From a virus (lineage: Duplodnaviria; Caudoviricetes): 43,136 bases of DNA. Of the stretch, positions 19,295 through 28,979 are shown one piece after another. The position numbers and the translations under genes are program-made. Numbering within the stretch: position 1 is the first letter of the stretch; each line of letters opens with the position of its first letter. The DNA lies in IMG/VR virus record IMGVR_UViG_3300029286_003722, positions 1 through 43,136 of that record; one strand, 5' to 3'. The notes beneath the pieces were generated by a model, which was given only the letters and a program-made list of their open reading frames with translations, did no database searches and was not told the DNA's origin.

Positions 19295-20065
19295 TTAAAA
19301 ATATGAGTCGAGTTGCGCTCCGCTAGCCAATCCCCCGAACAATCCTCCGAAGAGGTCGGTTGTCGCGCCGAATTGCATCGCGCTCTTTCCCTTGGTCTGC
19401 AGGTATTCGAGATCGGAGGCAAGATAGCCTCCCTGGAGATTGTAGCTGTCCGTTGTCTGGTCCATCTGAAGCTGCAATGCCTCAAGCTGGCGGTCGGTAT
19501 CGGTCTGGTTCTGCTCGATTTTCCGATTGTATGAGGCCACCCGCTGGTTGGCATCGGTATAGGTGCTCACCGCTGAGGCGTAGGTCTGGTACTTGGACAG
19601 GTCGCTTTGCATCCTTGCCTGTGCCATGGCATCATCGGCAGAACTTTGGGTGTTCTTCACCACATTCTTCGCGGTGCCGGTTCCCCTAAAGCCGCTGGTC
19701 GCTGCGGCCTGGTTGGCCGCTCCGACAGACTGCTCGTTCTGCACCGCCAGCGTGGCGATCTGCGCCGCATCGAGCTGGCTCTGCATGCCCCCCGATGTGG
19801 CGGTCTGTTTGATCGCCATATCCCGGTTGGCAAGTGTCTCATCGGCAAGCAGTCCCAGTTCCTTGTTCGTGTCGGCCAGTGAGTCCTTGGCCTGGTCCAC
19901 CGAGAGGCTGTAACTGTCCTTGGCCTGGGAATACTGCTGGTTCAGCTGTTCCTTGGAACGGTTCAGCTCCTCCACCTTGTCCTGGTACTCGGCATTCCTG
20001 GAATTCGCACTGGCGATGCCCTTCGCGAGACCGCCGATCAGACCAAGAGCCAATAAAACGCTCAT
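19295..20065 (-). CDS. Internal virion/pilot protein (T7 gp14-like position)
   Basis: Hydrophobic Gly-rich N- and C-termini with a Q/A-rich coiled coil. Directly follows tail tube B. Confidence 0.7.
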   Translation of the reverse strand: MSVLLALGLIGGLAKGIASANSRNAEYQDKVEELNRSKEQLNQQYSQAKDSYSLSVDQAKDSLADTNKELGLLADETLANRDMAIKQTATSGGMQSQLDAAQIATLAVQNEQSVGAANQAAATSGFRGTGTAKNVVKNTQSSADDAMAQARMQSDLSKYQTYASAVSTYTDANQRVASYNRKIEQNQTDTDRQLEALQLQMDQTTDSYNLQGGYLASDLEYLQTKGKSAMQFGATTDLFGGLFGGLASGAQLDSYF

Positions 20066-21669
20066 CAACCTACCTCCATCGTCAACACCATCGCGAGGAT
20101 GGTCAGAGGAGCGTCCCCCACCGAGCGGATCTCCATTCTCAGCTCCTTCTCATACCCACCCCCGATATTCATCGGGACGTCGCCTTCCTCTATGGCTCCA
20201 TTGAAGGATTCCAGGCCACTGTACCCGGCCCTGAAAGGACCGCTGTCCAATAGCCTGAGGGTCACCCGGCTGATGCGCTTGTACTTGCCGATGCTGGATC
20301 CGCTTTGCAGCTGGGCCTCGATACGGTTGCCACGCAGGATCGAATCGAAGGGAATCGGGCTGTCGGTGTTGTGCTGGTCGCTATGGACATCCGAGTCCTC
20401 ATCGAACCGCTCAAGACAGTGGATCCCGTTGCGGTTGATGGCCATGCACACCTCCTGCCCGCCCGGTGTGTCGGTGACCGCCACGGACTCTACCAGGCCG
20501 CCAAAGGTCCACCGGGTCCAGGCCTGCAGGCCATAGAGCTTGTTGTAGGAAAGCACCGCCATGGTTCCATCGTTGAGCACACAGTACACCCTGGGCTCAG
20601 GAACCCGTTGGAATGTCCATTCCTTCACCCCACTGGCCAGCACGTGGTCGGCGATGTAGGTCATGTCGGGAGAGCTGTACCCATCGGAGGAGTACACATA
20701 GCCCCTGCACCGCTTGCGTCCGCTTTGGATGAACAGGATGTCCTCGTTAGCGTTCACGGCCTGCAAGGGTGCGGATCCATAGGCCGAGCTCTGCACGATG
20801 GACTGGTTGAGCGCATCGATGTTGCCAGGCATGATCCACTCACCGCTGGCCGTGCCCACCACCAGGTTCTGCCCCACGGTCAGCCACTCGATGCGGTCGT
20901 TCCGGTTGGATCCGACCTCGAGCACCATGGCGTTGTCCGCGCTGGTGACATCCCTGGTGGTCGTCTGCTCCTCATAGATCAGGCTCTGGTCCTCTTCCCA
21001 CCCCTCTGGCCAGGGTGCGTCCTTGATCACCTTCTCCTTGGTGGTCACCACATCGAACGTGGTGAAATCATGGGTCACGAAGGGTCTTGAGGCCCACAGC
21101 CTATACGGATGGTTATCCGATGAGGCGAACCACAGCCGGTTCGCACAGTAGGCGACACACCCGGGATAGTTGCCCGTCCCCTGGAACAATGAGGGATAGT
21201 GGCTGTCGGTGGTGGGCACCAGGGTGGACCAGGTGAAGGATCCCCCCAGGTAGGTCAGCATCCTGGGCGCATGGGAGCGGTGTGCGAGATACAGTGTCTG
21301 GTAATCCTGGGTGAACTGGACCTGGGACAGCTGGCCCTGCGTGTAGGGTATGGGGATCGCATCCACACTGAGGCCTTCCCACAGTAGCGGAAAAGGTGCC
21401 CCATCGGCATACTTGATGGACATCAGGCTAGGATGCAGTTCGATGATGAATGAGAGATCCACGCTGATGGTGAACGGAATGATCCTGCAGGGATCCGACA
21501 GAGTGCCTAGTAGGACCGTGCCAGGCCTTCTGGTCGCCCCACCCTGCAGCATGAGCAGGAAGTTCTCGATATGGGACGCTCCACTCTGGTATGCTGCCAG
21601 GTCATACCTTCCACCGAGTTTCGGAGAGACCTCGCCGGAGGTGAAATTGTTCACCAAGAGGTCACTCAT
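20065..21669 (-). CDS. Tail tubular protein B / nozzle
   Basis: N-terminal NNFTSGEVSP...R.DL..Y...NFL...QGGATRRPGT, plus YPGCVAY..NRLWF. Typical of the podovirus nozzle family. Confidence 0.85.
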   Translation of the reverse strand: MSDLLVNNFTSGEVSPKLGGRYDLAAYQSGASHIENFLLMLQGGATRRPGTVLLGTLSDPCRIIPFTISVDLSFIIELHPSLMSIKYADGAPFPLLWEGLSVDAIPIPYTQGQLSQVQFTQDYQTLYLAHRSHAPRMLTYLGGSFTWSTLVPTTDSHYPSLFQGTGNYPGCVAYCANRLWFASSDNHPYRLWASRPFVTHDFTTFDVVTTKEKVIKDAPWPEGWEEDQSLIYEEQTTTRDVTSADNAMVLEVGSNRNDRIEWLTVGQNLVVGTASGEWIMPGNIDALNQSIVQSSAYGSAPLQAVNANEDILFIQSGRKRCRGYVYSSDGYSSPDMTYIADHVLASGVKEWTFQRVPEPRVYCVLNDGTMAVLSYNKLYGLQAWTRWTFGGLVESVAVTDTPGGQEVCMAINRNGIHCLERFDEDSDVHSDQHNTDSPIPFDSILRGNRIEAQLQSGSSIGKYKRISRVTLRLLDSGPFRAGYSGLESFNGAIEEGDVPMNIGGGYEKELRMEIRSVGDAPLTILAMVLTMEVG

Positions 21670-22201
21670 CACGGCGCTCCTGGCGGTTGTTGTGGCACTC
21701 GGCAGAGATCAGGCCATTGAGCGCCCAGGTGTATTTCTGCAGGACCGCCTGGTCGGTTTTACCCTCGGGAGCCAGCATAGAGGCGATCTGGAACGCCAGA
21801 GCGTAGGCGATCAGCTCATAGAAGTCCTCTGGCACTCCCAGAAGAGGCATATCCTGCATCACCCCATATACGGTGGGATTTTCTGCATCGGTGTACAGCC
21901 TCCCCCCGGTCACAAGGTAGGGTAAATCATAGGATGCGTGGACCAGCTTCAGCAGATTGGTGGGGAGCAGGTACCCATGGGAAAACCCATGGCCTCCACC
22001 GTCATCGTCGGCCAGATCCACGTCAATCTTTACAAGAAGAAACGACCAGTCGAACTCCCTCATCGCCTTGCGTTTCGCCATCGGCAGGAACTGCCTGCAT
22101 AGACGCACCTCTTTTGCGGGGGACGTAGCATCCAGATCGGACTGCGCGAGTTGTTTGTCAAACTGGGACAGGGCAAGGTTGAAAAGCTCCAGATCGGTCA
22201 T
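21662..22201 (-). CDS. Tail tubular protein A / adaptor
   Basis: MTDLELFNLALS...REFDWSF...LLP...F.ELIAYALA pattern. ATG at 22201 with GGAG RBS. Confidence 0.8.
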   Translation of the reverse strand: MTDLELFNLALSQFDKQLAQSDLDATSPAKEVRLCRQFLPMAKRKAMREFDWSFLLVKIDVDLADDDGGGHGFSHGYLLPTNLLKLVHASYDLPYLVTGGRLYTDAENPTVYGVMQDMPLLGVPEDFYELIAYALAFQIASMLAPEGKTDQAVLQKYTWALNGLISAECHNNRQERRDE

Positions 22202-22214
22202 CTCAACTCCACTG

Positions 22215-22235
22215 ACAAAGGGGGCCGAAGCCCCC
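22215..22235 (-). terminator. Intrinsic terminator after head genes (probably leaky)
   Basis: GGGGGC-TTCG-GCCCCC followed by TTTGT on the minus strand. Confidence 0.7.
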
Positions 22236-22252
22236 ATTCTGATTCGAGAGGC

Positions 22253-22417
22253 CTAGGCCTCATCCTTCTTCTTCGATTTCACTGGAGCGGCCTTGCTGAC
22301 CGGCTCCAGGAACTCCTCTACGACCGATGTTCCGGCTCCCACCGTGATGGTTTCGCCCTTACGTAGGAAATTGCCGTTGTAGTAGCAATCCCTTTTCGCG
22401 CGGTAGACGTCCCCCAT
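22253..22417 (-). CDS. Small head-associated protein (54 aa; absent from ORF track)
   Basis: MGDVYRAKRDCYYNGNFLRKGETITV...KKKDEA*. Fills the gap between the cement gene and the terminator. Confidence 0.7.
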   Translation of the reverse strand: MGDVYRAKRDCYYNGNFLRKGETITVGAGTSVVEEFLEPVSKAAPVKSKKKDEA

Positions 22418-22418
22418 A

Positions 22419-22871
22419 TCACAGCGGCCTCACCGCACCGAACACAGCGCCCTTGATGAAATCGTAGGTGCTGGCATTGACCAGATCGATCTGGACATGC
22501 TCCTTGCACTTGTCAGGCAGAGCCTGCTTCACCAGGATCACACCTTCCTTCAGGCTGGCCAGTGCGAAAGTCTCACTGGTGAACAGTGTCTCCCAGGTCC
22601 CTGCAGCGCCGGTCGCGCTGGTTTTGACCTTGATCGCCAAGGTCGGGGCATGGGGGGTGATCACCTCGGGGTTCTCCCCCTCTGCGGGAGTAACGGTCTG
22701 TCCAGCGGTCGCGGTAGCAGCCACGAAGATCTCCAGGACCTCATTGGTCTCCACCATCTGGTTCTTGAACCCGAAATCGATATCCTGACCGCTCACGGTC
22801 TCCCCTCCCTCCACGGGAAGCAGGGGTTGCACGACGGGATTGAACGCCGCGCGGGTTTTCTCAAAGATCAT
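22419..22871 (-). CDS. Capsid cement/decoration protein (Bbp16-like)
   Basis: 150 aa beta-rich protein directly after the major capsid gene. AGGAGG RBS. Confidence 0.6.
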   Translation of the reverse strand: MIFEKTRAAFNPVVQPLLPVEGGETVSGQDIDFGFKNQMVETNEVLEIFVAATATAGQTVTPAEGENPEVITPHAPTLAIKVKTSATGAAGTWETLFTSETFALASLKEGVILVKQALPDKCKEHVQIDLVNASTYDFIKGAVFGAVRPL

Positions 22872-22882
22872 CTGATCACCTC

Positions 22883-23899
22883 CTAAGCGATCTTGGACTC
22901 GGTGGCGAGCATCGAGTCACATCTGCGGACTACATACTGGTCGAACATCACATCGCCGGTGGCGTTCTTCGGAACCGCATCGGCATACTTGGCGGGAACC
23001 ACGCGCTTGGCGAAGGCCTTGCGCATGTTCGCGATGGTCCGGTTGTTCGCATACAGGCGGACCTGGCCCTGGAACTCAACCGGGATCGCGGAGAACGCAT
23101 CGTAGATCGCCTCCTCCAACTTGGCCATGTTGGCGGTGATCTTGGTCGGATCATTGTCGATGTTCGCGATACGGACCACGGCTTTGCGGTTGGCGATTCC
23201 CAATCCAGCAGCCGCGGAGAACTTGCTGAGCGCGATCTCCTGGATGGTTCCATCCGGTTGCTTCACCGCCTGGTACGGATACGGAGTGAACTCGATTCCG
23301 CTGTTCGGCTTGTTGCTCGGATAGATCAGATGCGCGCCATCATCGATGGACCAGTACACCAGCAGCATGGAACTCATGCCCTTGGCGTTGTCGCCCCCAG
23401 CCCCCAGCGTGATGTACGGCAAAACCGCTTCCCTGGTCAGGCTCACACCATCGATATCCGTAAGCTCAGCGAACCGGGGCATGAAGCCTTGGAACTTGCG
23501 GGGGTCTTGGTTGCGGTTGCCGTACAGCAGTGCCTCCTCCAAGTCGAACCCGATTCCCCTCAGATGCCGCCGGTCCTCACGCCACCGCAATTCCTGCGCA
23601 TGGTCAGAGAGATCGACCACCTTCTTCAGCGTCTCGGACCATCCTTCGATCATACCGAGCTCTTCGGTGTATTTATCCGAGGATCCCTTGCTGGGTTTCC
23701 CACCCTCATCGACAGCCACCCAGGCTCCTCTGGGAGGAGTCCCCTCACGGCCTCCCATATCCCTCAGCATATCTGTCGAGGCCTTCCAGGGAGCGTCGTT
23801 CCACATGGTCACCGCTCGGCTCACCTCATCGACAACGGGAACCAGGTCCCCATTGTGGGTCGCGGCCGCCACATCTGCAAAAGTCATGTAATCAGGCAT
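22883..23899 (-). CDS. Major capsid protein (Bbp17-like)
   Basis: 338 aa with LLYGN....P.KF.GFMPRF, VVRIANID and C-terminal VRRCDSMLATE motifs. Follows the scaffold gene. Confidence 0.9.
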   Translation of the reverse strand: MPDYMTFADVAAATHNGDLVPVVDEVSRAVTMWNDAPWKASTDMLRDMGGREGTPPRGAWVAVDEGGKPSKGSSDKYTEELGMIEGWSETLKKVVDLSDHAQELRWREDRRHLRGIGFDLEEALLYGNRNQDPRKFQGFMPRFAELTDIDGVSLTREAVLPYITLGAGGDNAKGMSSMLLVYWSIDDGAHLIYPSNKPNSGIEFTPYPYQAVKQPDGTIQEIALSKFSAAAGLGIANRKAVVRIANIDNDPTKITANMAKLEEAIYDAFSAIPVEFQGQVRLYANNRTIANMRKAFAKRVVPAKYADAVPKNATGDVMFDQYVVRRCDSMLATESKIA

Positions 23900-23912
23900 T
23901 CTAGCCTCCTAT

Positions 23913-24659
23913 TCAGTCTGGATAGTGGACAGGTACCCTCGGATTCCTTCCGGTGCCGCCCGTTCGGTTGGATGGGACACTCCCATCCTCCTTGATCGAT
24001 TTGCCGATGCGCGAGAGCAGTTCGGCCACTGCTGGATTGATACTGGCCCCAGTGCGGTCCAATGCGGCGGCGAGATCCGTTCCCTGTCCGACAAGGGAGA
24101 CATACGCCCGTGTCATGGCCTTGCGGTTCGCCTCGTACTGGTCACCCCAGCTCTTCTTGAGCTGGGCCTCACACCAGGTCTTGCCTTTCTCCACCAGCTG
24201 GGTGGTCGAGCCCTTCTGCGCCTTGTCCAGCGCGTCGATCACCTTCAGAGCGACTTCCTCGCTCACCTGGGACGCTTCAAGGGTTTCCTTAAGCGACCCG
24301 GTGATCAGTCCGAACGGATCCGATTCCTCTCCCAGACTTTTCTCGAAACGGTATTTCACAGGCTCTGTTTTCTTCGCTTCGCCATCAGGAGCCTTGTTCC
24401 CATCGGATTTTCCTTTCGTCGATTTGACGAACTCTCCCAAAGTCGCATACTTCGCGAGATCCGGATCGGTCTTCAGGTCACTCGGCAACTGCGCCATCCA
24501 CGAAGGATTGGTCGTGCCCTGTCCACCCTCAGGGGTGGTTCCACCAGTGCTTTGGTTTCCCGCAGGTTGCCCTAGCCCCTGAGATTCCTTCCCATCAGCC
24601 ACAGGCGCCCCCGAAGCATCAGGTTCAACCACAGTGCCGGTCCCATTGTTATCTGCCAT
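23913..24659 (-). CDS. Capsid scaffolding/assembly protein
   Basis: Disordered N-terminus, then W...LP.DLK, LKKSWGDQYEAN and L.RIGKSIKED motifs. Lies between portal and capsid. Confidence 0.8.
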   Translation of the reverse strand: MADNNGTGTVVEPDASGAPVADGKESQGLGQPAGNQSTGGTTPEGGQGTTNPSWMAQLPSDLKTDPDLAKYATLGEFVKSTKGKSDGNKAPDGEAKKTEPVKYRFEKSLGEESDPFGLITGSLKETLEASQVSEEVALKVIDALDKAQKGSTTQLVEKGKTWCEAQLKKSWGDQYEANRKAMTRAYVSLVGQGTDLAAALDRTGASINPAVAELLSRIGKSIKEDGSVPSNRTGGTGRNPRVPVHYPD

Positions 24660-24678
24660 CGCTATTCTCCTTATCCGG

Positions 24679-24954
24679 TCAATCGACCGGTTTTTTCCAT
24701 TCGTGATCCTCCAGCATCCATTTCAACAGTGGGATCAGGGACTCCCCATCCAGGAGCCCAAGATCCTCCATCAAGCGGATACCGAAATTGTGCAGTGCAA
24801 TCATGCCTGGATCGGCGGCTACCTGGTCAAAAACCCCACACTCCCGCACAATACGCGCCAGTTCGTACGTTCCTTCCTCTGTCCGGTAGACGTTTTTAAG
24901 GAAATTCCGCTTGCTCAGGATTTCCTTTGTGACCTGTTGCCTGCTGTCTATCAT
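24679..24954 (-). CDS. Bbp19-like small protein
   Basis: 91 aa directly after the portal, with a VYRTEEG..EL..I...C pattern. Confidence 0.6.
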   Translation of the reverse strand: MIDSRQQVTKEILSKRNFLKNVYRTEEGTYELARIVRECGVFDQVAADPGMIALHNFGIRLMEDLGLLDGESLIPLLKWMLEDHEWKKPVD

Positions 24955-26621
24955 CTAGCCCCTCCATTCATAAGCTGTTGGGCGGAGGTGCCTGGGGCCT
25001 TTGCCATCTTTTGGGCCGTATCAGCCTGCATCTGGGCCTGCTGCGCCTGAGCCTGCTGCTGGAGCATCTCCTGCTGTTTCTTCTTGATTTCCTTCACATC
25101 CTTCTTTTCCCTGATGATCGTCTGTGGCATGCCGTTCGCACCCATCGCCTGGCGGATGAGTTCATCGAAGTCCACATTCACCTGGGAATCAGGGTTGAGC
25201 TGCATCACCGCGGCCAAAGCCTGCATGCCCTGGGTGATGCCGGTGGTCTGGTGGTAAGCCTTCATGCTTTGGGCCAGCGGTCCATCCAGCTGCACCTTGA
25301 CCTGCCCCTTCAGGGAAGCCTTCACCAACTCCTCAGGCGGTGGGGGAAGGATTCCTGATTTGGTGAGGATCGAATACGTCCGCATGACCAGCGGGGTGAT
25401 CTTCTCCTGCTGCATGTTCCCGATGATCGAGGAGAGTAGCACAAGCCCCTCACCCTTGATCTCGCGGACTTCAGTGGCTGTCCTCTGACGGTCCTGGCGC
25501 ATTAGGATGTTGAAAAGATCGGTGTATAGGTACCTCTCTAATTTTTGGAGCAACTGGGCTTTTTCCAAAGCAAGACCAGCAAGGTCGATTGAGGACTGGA
25601 ACAGCTCGGGCTTCCCAGTCTGGGCGATATTCACAAAGTTCATACCACCAGGGTTGAGATCCAGTCTTCCCATAAGGGTTTCAGGAGCGAAGACGGCGGG
25701 ATTCACCTGTTTGTCTATACCGGTGGCGTAGTTGTATTCATACTTATCCAGCTTTTTGGCTTCCTCGATCACCTCGATTACCGGGGAACTTCCGTAAGGG
25801 CTGGTCCCGTTCAGTTCCCACCGGTGTACGGACACTGGCAACTCGTCGTATCCACTCTCAAGGAACACCTGGTCCCCTGTGTAGCTGTAATGGACCGATG
25901 CGAATCGCTTCTCGGTCGATATGATCGCCTTCCCCTTCCGACTAAGCGCATCCTCGCGGGGATATATGGCATGCAGGAACTTCACCCGCTGGTGGCCTGC
26001 TCCATCACGCATCATGCGCTTGAGCTCTTTCGGCAGGGCCTCCCCCCATTTCTTGGAAGCATTCGTCACCGTCATCTCATAGACCCGGTAGAATGTGTCA
26101 ACGCGGCGGTGTTGGTCCTCAGAGATGTAGAACTCGTGAGGATCGATGGTGTCATACACCACTCCACCATTCCCGTCATCGATGACCATCTCGGCACTGG
26201 TCCCCTGGATAAACGCATCGGCTGTCGCAAGAGTTGTGGCAGCATAGAAGTTGCAGTTGTCAAACACGCTCAGGATTATGGAGACGGTCTTCTCCAGATA
26301 GTCCTTCGCTCCGTAGATGGTGTCACTGCCCTCGAAATTCTTCCCTTGGGTTTCGTAGTTGAACCATCTGATGTTTGAGGAGAGGAGATACCCCATGATC
26401 CCCGCAATAGTGGTCTTGGTGGCTTGGGCAACATCATTCTGGTGCAGTGTGATCTTTTCCATCTGCTCGTGGGTTCCCAGGTTGAAAGCCTCGGTCCGAT
26501 GCTTTACCAGCGCACAGGCTCCCCATCTCACGCTCTCGGTCCTGTGACGGATCGTCTCCATCTCCGTGAGAGTGCCTAAAATCGATTTTTTCAACTCTTC
26601 ATCGCGTCTGTTCTGTTCCAC
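24951..26621 (-). CDS. Portal / head-to-tail connector (Bbp21/T7 gp8-like)
   Basis: 556 aa with CNFY, RW....SPYGSSP and RTATEV motifs and a Gln-rich C-terminus. Confidence 0.92.
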   Translation of the reverse strand: MEQNRRDEELKKSILGTLTEMETIRHRTESVRWGACALVKHRTEAFNLGTHEQMEKITLHQNDVAQATKTTIAGIMGYLLSSNIRWFNYETQGKNFEGSDTIYGAKDYLEKTVSIILSVFDNCNFYAATTLATADAFIQGTSAEMVIDDGNGGVVYDTIDPHEFYISEDQHRRVDTFYRVYEMTVTNASKKWGEALPKELKRMMRDGAGHQRVKFLHAIYPREDALSRKGKAIISTEKRFASVHYSYTGDQVFLESGYDELPVSVHRWELNGTSPYGSSPVIEVIEEAKKLDKYEYNYATGIDKQVNPAVFAPETLMGRLDLNPGGMNFVNIAQTGKPELFQSSIDLAGLALEKAQLLQKLERYLYTDLFNILMRQDRQRTATEVREIKGEGLVLLSSIIGNMQQEKITPLVMRTYSILTKSGILPPPPEELVKASLKGQVKVQLDGPLAQSMKAYHQTTGITQGMQALAAVMQLNPDSQVNVDFDELIRQAMGANGMPQTIIREKKDVKEIKKKQQEMLQQQAQAQQAQMQADTAQKMAKAPGTSAQQLMNGGAR

Positions 26622-26673
26622 AACCTGATTGAAACATATTCATGAAAACACCGTGGTTCTGTGGGAACCGTGA

Positions 26674-28233
26674 TCAGAACGGCTCGTATTTCGGTGTGGA
26701 TCCACCTTGGAGACGGTTCCTAAGGAGGTTCTCGGCAGTGACCGGCTCCGGGAATGTGAGGAAAGGAGCCACCTGTTCATCGATGATCTTGGCCAGGGCA
26801 TCCATGGCATCATCGTGGGAGCAGTACGGGTATGCCAGGTACTCATCGTTGATGAACTGCTGGACAACATCCACCATCTCCCCCTCCCAGTTCTTTTCCC
26901 AGCGTTCTTCGGGGAAGTAGAACCGCCGGTTGCGGAACAGTGGTTCCAGGGCCTCGATCCTGAGGCCCTTTGAGCTGGTGGCATTGACCGGTATGAGGGA
27001 GAAACGGTAGTTTCTGTAAGCCATCTGTTCCTGGATATGCTGGATATCAGCCTGCATCCCAACGGATTCGTAGTAGACTCCCAGGTTCGGCCGGTATTTC
27101 TGGTGCAGGCCAAACAGCGCGTTGGTCCGTGCGGTCAACCCCAGCTTGTCACGGATGATGTCGATGATGTAGTAGTTCCGGTCCGAGCCAAGCCCTAGGA
27201 CCCACATGGTGGTGTAGTCGGTCTTTTTCTTCACCTTGTCCGCGGGATCCACGATGATGACCCGGTTGAGGTTTTCCCAGATCACCGGGTTCCACCGCAT
27301 GATCCACTCGAGCGCGAAGCCCTGGTTGCTGGACTGCCGAGGATCGCACATCATCTGAGAGGCGAATACCCATGAGCCAAGGTCCCTCTTCTTCGTGGCA
27401 AGGTATTCTCTGTCCAGCAACACTGGGTTTCCATCCCTGTCGATGCAGGGATAGATACGTGGGATAGCCGTCTGGGAACCGATGATGACCGAATAGGTGT
27501 CGGCAAAGTGGTAACGCGTCCCGATGATACGGATCCTGACAGGCTTGCCTGGAGAGCTGGCACCAGTGTTGAGTGACATCTGGAATGCGATGGTCGTAGT
27601 CTTGATCATCTCTGGGCTACGGACGCTATCCAGGGTCACCACATCATCGTAGATGAGGATGGTATAGTGTCCACCGGTTTTCTGCCCGGTGACCAGTCCT
27701 GAGGGAGTTACCGTGTCCTCTTTGGCACGGCTCTGACGTTTCACCCTGATACCATCCGATGTCCAGGGGATCCTCTGCCGGACTCCGTTCTCATCGATAT
27801 ATGTGCCTTTCAGCGGATCATCCCACAGGATCTCTGGGAATAGCCATTTCAATCGCCAGTTGCTCTCCAGCTCGGTCTTGATCTGGCCTACAAAGGCTCT
27901 TGCCAAGGTCTGGTTGTATGAGTTGATGCAGATCCGTTCCTCAGGATCGATCATGATGTCCTGGATAGTCTTCAGAAAGGTTATGATGGTGCTTTTATAA
28001 TGCTCACGGGCCCAAATGTCCATAAAACCGTCAGGTTCTGCCTGGACCTCCTGGCAACGCTCATACAGCCAGTCCCGGCTTATGTCCTCACGCTCACAGA
28101 CGAATACTCCAAGAAAGAAGATGTCACGGCGTACCATGTAGCGCATCCACTGCCTGAGCTCTTCCCGATTCTCACCAAATCCGGCGATGATCGCCTGGCA
28201 GTCCAGGATGAATTTCTCCCGGGGAGATATCAT
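26674..28233 (-). CDS. terL: Terminase large subunit
   Basis: Walker A variant AREHYKST, Walker B LIYDD, GTRYH coupling motif, nuclease VDPA...DYT and HDDAMDA. Confidence 0.93.
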   Translation of the reverse strand: MISPREKFILDCQAIIAGFGENREELRQWMRYMVRRDIFFLGVFVCEREDISRDWLYERCQEVQAEPDGFMDIWAREHYKSTIITFLKTIQDIMIDPEERICINSYNQTLARAFVGQIKTELESNWRLKWLFPEILWDDPLKGTYIDENGVRQRIPWTSDGIRVKRQSRAKEDTVTPSGLVTGQKTGGHYTILIYDDVVTLDSVRSPEMIKTTTIAFQMSLNTGASSPGKPVRIRIIGTRYHFADTYSVIIGSQTAIPRIYPCIDRDGNPVLLDREYLATKKRDLGSWVFASQMMCDPRQSSNQGFALEWIMRWNPVIWENLNRVIIVDPADKVKKKTDYTTMWVLGLGSDRNYYIIDIIRDKLGLTARTNALFGLHQKYRPNLGVYYESVGMQADIQHIQEQMAYRNYRFSLIPVNATSSKGLRIEALEPLFRNRRFYFPEERWEKNWEGEMVDVVQQFINDEYLAYPYCSHDDAMDALAKIIDEQVAPFLTFPEPVTAENLLRNRLQGGSTPKYEPF

Positions 28234-28742
28234 TCGCCCTTCCCCCGGTTTGCAAGCAGCCTTTCGGTCCGCTCCAGCAGTTCCTTCGCCATGCGGTCCC
28301 CTATGGGATCGGCAACCTGGATTGTGCCGGACAGATCATGCTTCTCGGCGATTCCCAGAGCATCGCGCTTGGTCTTGACCGCGAACTCGGCAAGACCCCG
28401 CCATTCGGTGGGACTCAGGGTCTTCTGGCCAAGGACAGCCAGCTGGGTGAGCAACACCTCCATGACCTGGTCCGACAGGGTGATGTGCTCCCTAGCGGTC
28501 CTGAGGATCTCGTTCTCCTGCTCGCTCTGCCGCTTGCCGTCAAGATATGCGTCCCAGGCCTTGGTCCGCTCATCCCACCTGTACCTGGCCGACCACCTGG
28601 CCAGCAGTGATTTGTATGATTTCTTCCTGTTATACTTCAGGACTACCTTCGACAGACTCCGCTCACCACCCATCTCCCGGTAGCGGGTGAACCACTCATA
28701 GGCGACTGCCGTTTCCCCATCCCGTTTGTCCCATGCTTCCAT
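28230..28742 (-). CDS. terS: Terminase small subunit
   Basis: W....GET..AY..F..YR.MG.ERSL...WS.RYRWDER..AWD pattern. Overlaps the terL start. Confidence 0.75.
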   Translation of the reverse strand: MEAWDKRDGETAVAYEWFTRYREMGGERSLSKVVLKYNRKKSYKSLLARWSARYRWDERTKAWDAYLDGKRQSEQENEILRTAREHITLSDQVMEVLLTQLAVLGQKTLSPTEWRGLAEFAVKTKRDALGIAEKHDLSGTIQVADPIGDRMAKELLERTERLLANRGKGE

Positions 28743-28760
28743 GCCTGGAGTGTCTCACAA

Positions 28761-28979
28761 TCAGGCTTCCCCCGGGTGTCCAGGGGAACCGTCATCCTGA
28801 TCGCTGTCGCAGGGGAAGTCGAACGTGGTGATCCCGTCATCCCAGGTGGAACCATTACGGATGAGTCTCTTCAGGGTCTTGCGGGATATGCCGAAAGCCC
28901 TGGCGCAGGATGTCATCGATTCATAGACATACACTGTCGTAGCCGTGTAGGTGATCACCCGCTCGTTTTTGTTCGCCAT
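28761..28979 (-). CDS. Small HTH DNA-binding protein (NUMOD1-like)
   Basis: VYESMTSCARAFGISRKTLKRLI helix-turn-helix pattern. ATG overlaps the upstream stop. Confidence 0.6.
   Translation of the reverse strand: MANKNERVITYTATTVYVYESMTSCARAFGISRKTLKRLIRNGSTWDDGITTFDFPCDSDQDDGSPGHPGEA

Noticed and set aside
26644-26673. Possible terminator between terL and portal
   Set aside because: Only a 5-bp core stem with a bulged extension and 4 Ts. Too weak to call.
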